Source: Bryobacteraceae bacterium (lineage in GTDB: Bacteria; Acidobacteriota; Terriglobia; Bryobacterales; Bryobacteraceae). Taken from it: a stretch of DNA of 64,000 nt. Location: positions 86,597 to 150,596 of the forward strand of contig JAIEMJ010000030.1 of assembly GCA_019752335.1 (NCBI GenBank). Reading direction: 5' to 3'. Both the position numbers and the translations under genes were made by a program. The notes beneath the pieces were generated by a model. It was not told the origin of the DNA. It worked only from the letters and a program-made list of their open reading frames with translations, and did no database searches. Of the stretch, positions 58,435-64,000 are shown piece by piece (position 1 is the stretch's first letter; each line of letters starts with the position of its first letter).

Positions 58435-61425
58435 ATGCAAGGCCTATACTCGCGGTGTGTCTATTTTTGTCTTTACCTGGCGCTCGCCACTCTTACCTGG
58501 GCACAGGCCCCCGCATTGCGCGGCAAAGTGACGGATCCGTCCGGTTCATTCGTTCCCGGCGCCGAAGTCCGCGCGCGCCTCAATGGCGGCCGCGAAGTCC
58601 GCACCCAGACCAATGAAAACGGCGACTTCCAACTGCTCAATTTGACGCCCGGAAGTTACTCCGTGCGCGTCTTGAGCAAGGGCTTCGCGATCTTCGAAGT
58701 GCAGAACGTCAACGTCTCCGCGCCGATGAAGTTGGACGCCCAGTTGGTGCTCGCCACCGAAGCGCAGATTCTGCAAGTAGAAGAGGAAATCAATAAGGTC
58801 TCCACCGACGCGCAGAACAACGTGGGCGCGCTCGTGCTGAAGGGTGAAGACTTACAAGTCCTCTCCGACGACCCTGACCAATTGGCCAATGAGTTACAGG
58901 CCCTCGCCGGACCCGGCGCCGGACCTAACGGTGGCCAGATCTTCATCGACGGCTTTACGGGCGGCCGCCTGCCCCCCAAGAGCGCCATCCGCGAAATTCG
59001 CGTCAACCAGAATCCCTATTCCGCCGAGTTTGACCGTATCGGCTTTGGCCGCATCGAAATTCTCACCAAACCCGGCGCGGATAAATTCCGCGGCGATATT
59101 GGCTTCAATTTTGGCGACGGCATCTTTAACTCCCGCAACCCTTTTGCCGCCAACAAAGCCCCCTTCCAGTCACGCAATTTCAACGGCCGTATCAGCGGTC
59201 CGGTGAATAAGAAAGCTTCTTTCTCCTTCGACGTGGAACGCCGCGATGTGGACGAGAACGCCGTCATCAACGCCACCACGCTGAGCGCCGCCCTCGTCCC
59301 GACGCCGTTGCAATTATCCGTCGTGACGCCGAACAAGCGCACCGGTATTAACCCGCGTTTTGACCTCGCCCTGAACGACCGCAACACCCTCGTCACTCGC
59401 TACAGCCTCTCCGACATCAGCAACGAAAATCAGGGCATCGGCCAGTTTTCCCTGCAATCCCGCGCCTTCAACTCCACCGATCGCGAGCACTCCTTACAGA
59501 TGACTGAGACCGCGATTTTGAGCGCCCGCGCCATCAACGAGACCCGCTTCCAGTTTCAACGCAACCGGATCCGTCAATTCGGCGACAACGGCTTACCCGC
59601 GATCGACGTGCAGGACAGCTTCAACGGTGGCGGCGCCCAGATCGGCACCGCGAACAACACCACCAACGGCATCGAGCTTTCGAATTTCACCAGCCTGACG
59701 CTGGGGGCGCACGCCGTCAAGGTGGGTGGGCGTGTCCGCTACAATGCGCTCACCGACATCAACAAGAATAATTTCGGTGGTACATTTACCTTTACCGGCG
59801 GCGCCGGCCCGGTGCTCGACGCCAATAACGCGCCCACCGGCGCCACCGCGTTTTTGACTTCGCTTGAAAAGTACCGCCGTACCCTCCTCTTCCAGGCCCA
59901 AGGCTTGAACGGCGCGCAGATCCGCGCACTCGGCGGCGGCGCCGGCCAGTTCTCGTTGGTAGGTGGCGTGCCGGAGGCGGACATCTCGCAGACCGATATT
60001 GGCATCTTCATCACGGATGATTGGCGTGTCCGTCCCAACCTGACCGTCGGCCTCGGACTACGCTACGAAAATCAGACGAACGTTTCGAGCAACAACAACA
60101 TAGCGCCGCGCATCAGTGTGGCTTGGGGCGTGGACGGCGGCAAGAATAAAGCCGCAAAGACCGTCCTGCGCATCGGCACCGGCCTCTTCTATGACCGTGT
60201 CGCGCAGAATTTGTCACTTCAGCAGCTTCGCTTCAACGGATCGAACCAGTTACAGTACTTGGTGCCGAATCCGAATTTCTTCCCCACCATTCCCTCGCTC
60301 AGTTCGCTAGGTGGGAACCTAACCACGCAGACGGTGCGCCGCTTAGCCAGCGACATCCGGACTCCCTACCTGATGCAGACTTCGGTCGGGATTGACCGTC
60401 AATTGCCGAAGAACACGGCCGTCGCCATTAACTATGTCTTCTCGCGCGGCGTACACAACCTGCGCGCACGTAACATCAATGCGCCCCTGCCCAACGGCAC
60501 CCAACCCTTTGGCAACATCGGCAACCTGTATCAATTCGAGTCCACCGGCTTCAGCCGCCAAAATCAGTTGATCGCGAATTTCAATACTCGCTTTAGCCCG
60601 AAGGTGTTTCTCTTCGGTGTTTATATCCTGGGCTACAACCGCGGCGACACGGATGGCACGGGCAGCTTCCCCGCCTTCACTTACGACGTCCGCAACGAGT
60701 ATGGACGCAGCGGCTTCGATCAACGCCAGCGCGTCATCCTCGGCGGCTCCATCACGGCCAAGTACGCGATCAGCCTGTCGCCGTTCATCATCGCCAGCGC
60801 CGGCGGACCCTTCAACATCACCACGGGCCGCGATAACAATGGCGACTCGCTCTTCACGGATCGACCCTCCTTCGCCGCTCCCGGCGCCACGGGTACCAAT
60901 ATTCGCACCACGCCCTGGGGAACCTTCAACTTGAACCCCCAGCCCGGAGAAACCATCATCCCGCGTAACTTTGGGCAGGCTCCCGGCGCCTTCACTATCA
61001 ATCTTCGCGTCGGCAAGACGATTGGCTTCGGCAGCAAGGGCGAAGCGGCGTCGAACCCCGGAGGGGCGATGGCTGGCGCCATGCGCGGCGGCGGTGGCAT
61101 GATGATGGGTGGTGGACCTCCCGGAGGCGGCGGTGGCCGCGGCGGTGGTCCTGGTGGCCCCGGTGGAATGTTTGGCGGTGCAAGTTCCGGAAAGCGGTAT
61201 ACTCTGAATATCTCGTTACAAGCTCGGAATTTACTCAATTGGGTAAATTACGGCCCGCCCGTGGGTAATTTGGCTTCGCCTCTCTTCGGCCAGTCGACTA
61301 CGCTCGGCGGCGGATTCGGTGGCCGTCCCGGTGGCGGTGGACCTGGCGGCGGCGGGCCCGGTGGTGGTGGCGGTGGCGCCGGCAATAACCGGCAGCTCGA
61401 GTTATCGCTCAGATTTTCGTTCTAG
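58435..61425 (+). CDS. TonB-dependent-receptor-like outer membrane protein with N-terminal carboxypeptidase-regulatory-like domain and Gly/Pro/Met-rich insertions
   Basis: Signal peptide, CarbopepD_reg-like N-domain (LRGKVTDPSGSFVPGAEVRARL), a plug/barrel-like body and a C-terminal ...LSLRFSF barrel terminus. Low-complexity GGGMMMGGGPPGGGGGRGGGPGGPGG segments. Confidence 0.7.
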   Translation: MQGLYSRCVYFCLYLALATLTWAQAPALRGKVTDPSGSFVPGAEVRARLNGGREVRTQTNENGDFQLLNLTPGSYSVRVLSKGFAIFEVQNVNVSAPMKLDAQLVLATEAQILQVEEEINKVSTDAQNNVGALVLKGEDLQVLSDDPDQLANELQALAGPGAGPNGGQIFIDGFTGGRLPPKSAIREIRVNQNPYSAEFDRIGFGRIEILTKPGADKFRGDIGFNFGDGIFNSRNPFAANKAPFQSRNFNGRISGPVNKKASFSFDVERRDVDENAVINATTLSAALVPTPLQLSVVTPNKRTGINPRFDLALNDRNTLVTRYSLSDISNENQGIGQFSLQSRAFNSTDREHSLQMTETAILSARAINETRFQFQRNRIRQFGDNGLPAIDVQDSFNGGGAQIGTANNTTNGIELSNFTSLTLGAHAVKVGGRVRYNALTDINKNNFGGTFTFTGGAGPVLDANNAPTGATAFLTSLEKYRRTLLFQAQGLNGAQIRALGGGAGQFSLVGGVPEADISQTDIGIFITDDWRVRPNLTVGLGLRYENQTNVSSNNNIAPRISVAWGVDGGKNKAAKTVLRIGTGLFYDRVAQNLSLQQLRFNGSNQLQYLVPNPNFFPTIPSLSSLGGNLTTQTVRRLASDIRTPYLMQTSVGIDRQLPKNTAVAINYVFSRGVHNLRARNINAPLPNGTQPFGNIGNLYQFESTGFSRQNQLIANFNTRFSPKVFLFGVYILGYNRGDTDGTGSFPAFTYDVRNEYGRSGFDQRQRVILGGSITAKYAISLSPFIIASAGGPFNITTGRDNNGDSLFTDRPSFAAPGATGTNIRTTPWGTFNLNPQPGETIIPRNFGQAPGAFTINLRVGKTIGFGSKGEAASNPGGAMAGAMRGGGGMMMGGGPPGGGGGRGGGPGGPGGMFGGASSGKRYTLNISLQARNLLNWVNYGPPVGNLASPLFGQSTTLGGGFGGRPGGGGPGGGGPGGGGGGAGNNRQLELSLRFSF

Positions 61426-61539
61426 GTTTTGCGAACCTCCTGTTCGCCACAAGTTCTCCGCGAAGCGTTATCCCCGTAGCACTTCGTGGAGCCGCAGGCG
61501 GCTCTGGCATCCCCACCCCAGCCAGGGCCGCCCCCCCCC

Positions 61540-62052
61540 TTACTTACTCAATTTGATCCACACCTGCTGATTCGCGCCGACCTTGATTTGCTCCACATGC
61601 GGACTGCTGCTTCCGCCGGCCGGTACGATCTTGAGTTCATAGTCGCCAGGCGCCAAGCGTACGCGCTGCGCGAAATTGTCGAACTCGTCCACATGGCCAG
61701 CGAATTTCCCGTTAAGAAACACCCCCGCGAACTTATCCCCGCCCGTAATTCGTAGCTCCCCAAACGGACCCGCCAACGCGGCCGCCTTCTGCATCGTCCA
61801 ACTTACCTCCGTTACCTTGCCCGCTTCTACCTTGATTTTCTGGGTAAAGTCCTCATAGCGCGGGTCCGACAGCCGGAGCTCGTGTTCCCCCGCGGCGACT
61901 TTGTATGTCCGCGTGACGGCGAAGTTGGCGGCTGGCCCCAAGTACTGGCCATTCACAAAAACGCCGGCTCGACCGGGCTTGGCTTTCACGCGCAGAGTGC
62001 CTTCCTGCCCCAGTAGGGTGCAGGCCGTAAGGGCGAAGAGGAGGAAACGCAT
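61540..62052 (-). CDS. PEGA domain lipoprotein/secreted protein
   Basis: Two PEGA-like units (VFVNGQYLG...GEHELRL and VFLNGKFAG...GDYELKI) after a signal peptide. Confidence 0.7.
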   Translation of the reverse strand: MRFLLFALTACTLLGQEGTLRVKAKPGRAGVFVNGQYLGPAANFAVTRTYKVAAGEHELRLSDPRYEDFTQKIKVEAGKVTEVSWTMQKAAALAGPFGELRITGGDKFAGVFLNGKFAGHVDEFDNFAQRVRLAPGDYELKIVPAGGSSSPHVEQIKVGANQQVWIKLSK

Positions 62053-62074
62053 GCACTCCGAGACGGGGCGGTCC

Positions 62075-62410
62075 CTAATTCGGTTGCACCAACTGGTCGA
62101 TTTTGGTCACAAAGCTGGATCGGGCCAGCACCTGATCCGCACCGGCCTCTTCCGCCGCGCGCCGCAGATCCACCTGCACATGGGCCACATAGGCGATCAC
62201 CGGCACCCCCGCCGCCTTCAGCCGGCGGACCAGGTCCACCGTGTCCACCTGGCGCAAGTTCAGGTCAAGAATCACCCGCGTGCCGGCCATAGCCGCCTTG
62301 GCGAGGACGGCCTCCGGCCGGGCAGCAAAGTCGATCATTTGCCCGGCCCGCCGCGCGGCTTCCCGCAGCTTCACGCCGAAGATCAGGTCGTCCATTACCG
62401 CGAGAATCAT
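62075..62410 (-). CDS. Stand-alone receiver-like (CheY-like) domain protein
   Basis: Alpha/beta pattern of about 110 aa with a DD acidic pocket and a central Asp (VILDLNL). GGAGG RBS upstream. Confidence 0.5.
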   Translation of the reverse strand: MILAVMDDLIFGVKLREAARRAGQMIDFAARPEAVLAKAAMAGTRVILDLNLRQVDTVDLVRRLKAAGVPVIAYVAHVQVDLRRAAEEAGADQVLARSSFVTKIDQLVQPN

Positions 62411-62457
62411 GCTCCTCCAGCATAGCCGGAAAACGCAAACTTGAATTAGCGGCCGAT

Positions 62458-63468
62458 TTGCGGGACACTAATCAGTTCTCTGCCGAATTCACTTTTATGC
62501 GCTATAGAGTCCTCTATCACGACCACTGTTTCGACGGCGCGGCCTCGGCGGCGTTCTTCAGCCGCTTCATCGCGGACCACATCCACCCCGGCGCGGAGTT
62601 CGCCTATACCGGTATGTCGCACGTCGCGGCGCAGAGCTTCGAGGACGCGCTCTTCGACGGCGACGAGAACGCCATCGTCGACTTTAAGTACGCTACCCAC
62701 GAAAAACTCACCTGGTGGTTCGACCATCATCAGAGCGCCTTCCTCAGCCCCAGTGACGCCGAACACTTTCGTGCCTTGAAGGCCAACGGCGATCCGCGTG
62801 GCGCCCGCCTGTTCTTTGACCCGGCTTATCGCTCCTGCACCCAGTACATCGCCGACGTAACGCACCGCGAATTCGGCTACGCCCCAGCTGACCTGGCGAA
62901 CCTGGTCCACTGGGCCGACATCGTCGATAGCGCCCGCTATGCCAGTGCCGAGGAAGCCGTGGCCCTGGGGTCGCCCGCCCTCAAAATCGTGCTGATTATC
63001 GAAGCGGCCAAGGGGCACGATACCGTCCAGCGCCTCATTCGCATGATGCAGCGGATGAGCCTGGAAGAGATCGTCGCCGACCCTGGCATGCAGGAGCTCT
63101 ATCTGCCCTTGCGTGATCGTCATCAACGCAATATGGATTTGATTCGCCGCCACGCGGTCTGCGAACAAGGCGTAGTTACTTTTGACTTAGTCGGCGAAGA
63201 CGTCGAAGGCTACAATAAGTTTATTCCGTACTATTTGTTTCCAGAGGCCGTTTACACCGTCTCCGTAAGTGAACAGAGCTTCCGTACTAAGGTAAGTGTG
63301 GGGTCCAATCCGTGGGTGAAGCAGCCGCTCGCGCACAATCTGGCCTCGATTTGCGAGCGCTACGGCGGCGGGGGACATCCTAAGGTGGGCGCGATCAGCT
63401 TTCCTACCGGCGCATTTGAAGCCGCGCGTACCGCGGCCCGCGAAATTCAAGCCGAACTGCGGGGCTAA
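62458..63468 (+). CDS. DHH-family phosphoesterase (NrnA-like)
   Basis: DHH motifs (YHDHCFDG, FDHHQS) and a DHHA1 GGGGH motif near the C-terminus. Confidence 0.7.
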   Translation: MRDTNQFSAEFTFMRYRVLYHDHCFDGAASAAFFSRFIADHIHPGAEFAYTGMSHVAAQSFEDALFDGDENAIVDFKYATHEKLTWWFDHHQSAFLSPSDAEHFRALKANGDPRGARLFFDPAYRSCTQYIADVTHREFGYAPADLANLVHWADIVDSARYASAEEAVALGSPALKIVLIIEAAKGHDTVQRLIRMMQRMSLEEIVADPGMQELYLPLRDRHQRNMDLIRRHAVCEQGVVTFDLVGEDVEGYNKFIPYYLFPEAVYTVSVSEQSFRTKVSVGSNPWVKQPLAHNLASICERYGGGGHPKVGAISFPTGAFEAARTAAREIQAELRG

Positions 63469-63848
63469 AGCGCCTGCACGATTTGCTGGGCCGCATTCCG
63501 CGCCGCTAACTGCACCAGCGCCGAATTCATGTGCGCCGGACCCAGCACCGCCAACACGGCCTTCGGGCCCGCCGCGTAGAGGTGCATTTGCCCGTCACTG
63601 CCGAGGACACTCACTTCCTGGCAACTTCCTGAATCGAGAGACTCGGTCACCCGCCGGCCGAGGCTGGTAACTGCGGCCGCCAGCGCCGCGATCTGACCTG
63701 GGTCACCTGCTTCGTCAATGGAATGCACCAGCGGCATGCCTTCGTTTGTCGCCAGCAGGACGCCCTGCAAATCCGGTACGGCCATCCGTAGTTGATCTAT
63801 GCCTTGTTGAATGCGGTCTCGACGGCTCATACTTTGTTGCGGCTCCAA
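63465..63848 (-). CDS. Roadblock/LC7 (MglB-like) domain protein
   Basis: About 120 aa with the family pattern ...GVLLATNEGMPLV... and a conserved alpha-beta-alpha layout. Confidence 0.6.
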   Translation of the reverse strand: MEPQQSMSRRDRIQQGIDQLRMAVPDLQGVLLATNEGMPLVHSIDEAGDPGQIAALAAAVTSLGRRVTESLDSGSCQEVSVLGSDGQMHLYAAGPKAVLAVLGPAHMNSALVQLAARNAAQQIVQAL

Positions 63849-64000
63849 GGGAGTAATCGGCCAGAGAAAGCGAAACTGTAGAGACGCATGGCCCGGGTAG
63901 GGTACTAAGTGAAATCCCCGTCCGTCATGGGCCTGAGTTCCCTAAGGTTGCTAGGTGTTTTCAACTATGGAATTCACCCGAGACGAAGCCTACGATGGAC

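Noticed and set aside
1-64000. tRNA, rRNA or CRISPR arrays
   Set aside because: No cloverleaf-compatible segments, rRNA-like conserved blocks or regularly spaced direct repeats were seen. The only tandem repeat (42030-42071) has no spacers.

Overview
This is a high-GC bacterial chromosome segment, probably Acidobacteria of the Solibacter type. That taxon is an inference from a Solibacter-style C-terminal domain at 50173-53262, an SBBP beta-propeller repeat protein at 22667-24154, and many Tat-signal enzymes. Most of the window is ordinary metabolic and envelope genes. These include ribBA, udk, a thrC-like gene, a glutamate dehydrogenase (gdh), two enolase-superfamily enzymes, a beta-propeller phytase, a complete tad/cpa Flp-pilus assembly locus (cpaA, cpaB, cpaC, cpaE, cpaF, tadB, tadC), and an OmpR/HisK two-component pair followed by Met/Gly/Pro-rich envelope proteins. 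The standout is a compact, co-directional block of about 13.7 kb at 7535-21252, inserted between ribBA and a BFN-nuclease/udk pair. It encodes only virion packaging and structural proteins in siphovirus order: large terminase, putative portal, scaffold-like protein, putative capsid, connectors, major tail, a G/G-T chaperone pair with a -1 frameshift site, a 201-aa tape-measure-like protein, lambda gpM-like and gpL-like proteins, and a 1298-aa lambda gpJ-like fibre. No integrase, replication, regulatory or lysis genes are present. This is the signature of a gene-transfer-agent-like element or a domesticated phage remnant. A low-GC islet at about 28.4-31.1 kb carries a frameshifted GmrSD-like (DUF262/DUF1524) type IV restriction gene. 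No rRNA, tRNA or CRISPR array was recognised by eye.
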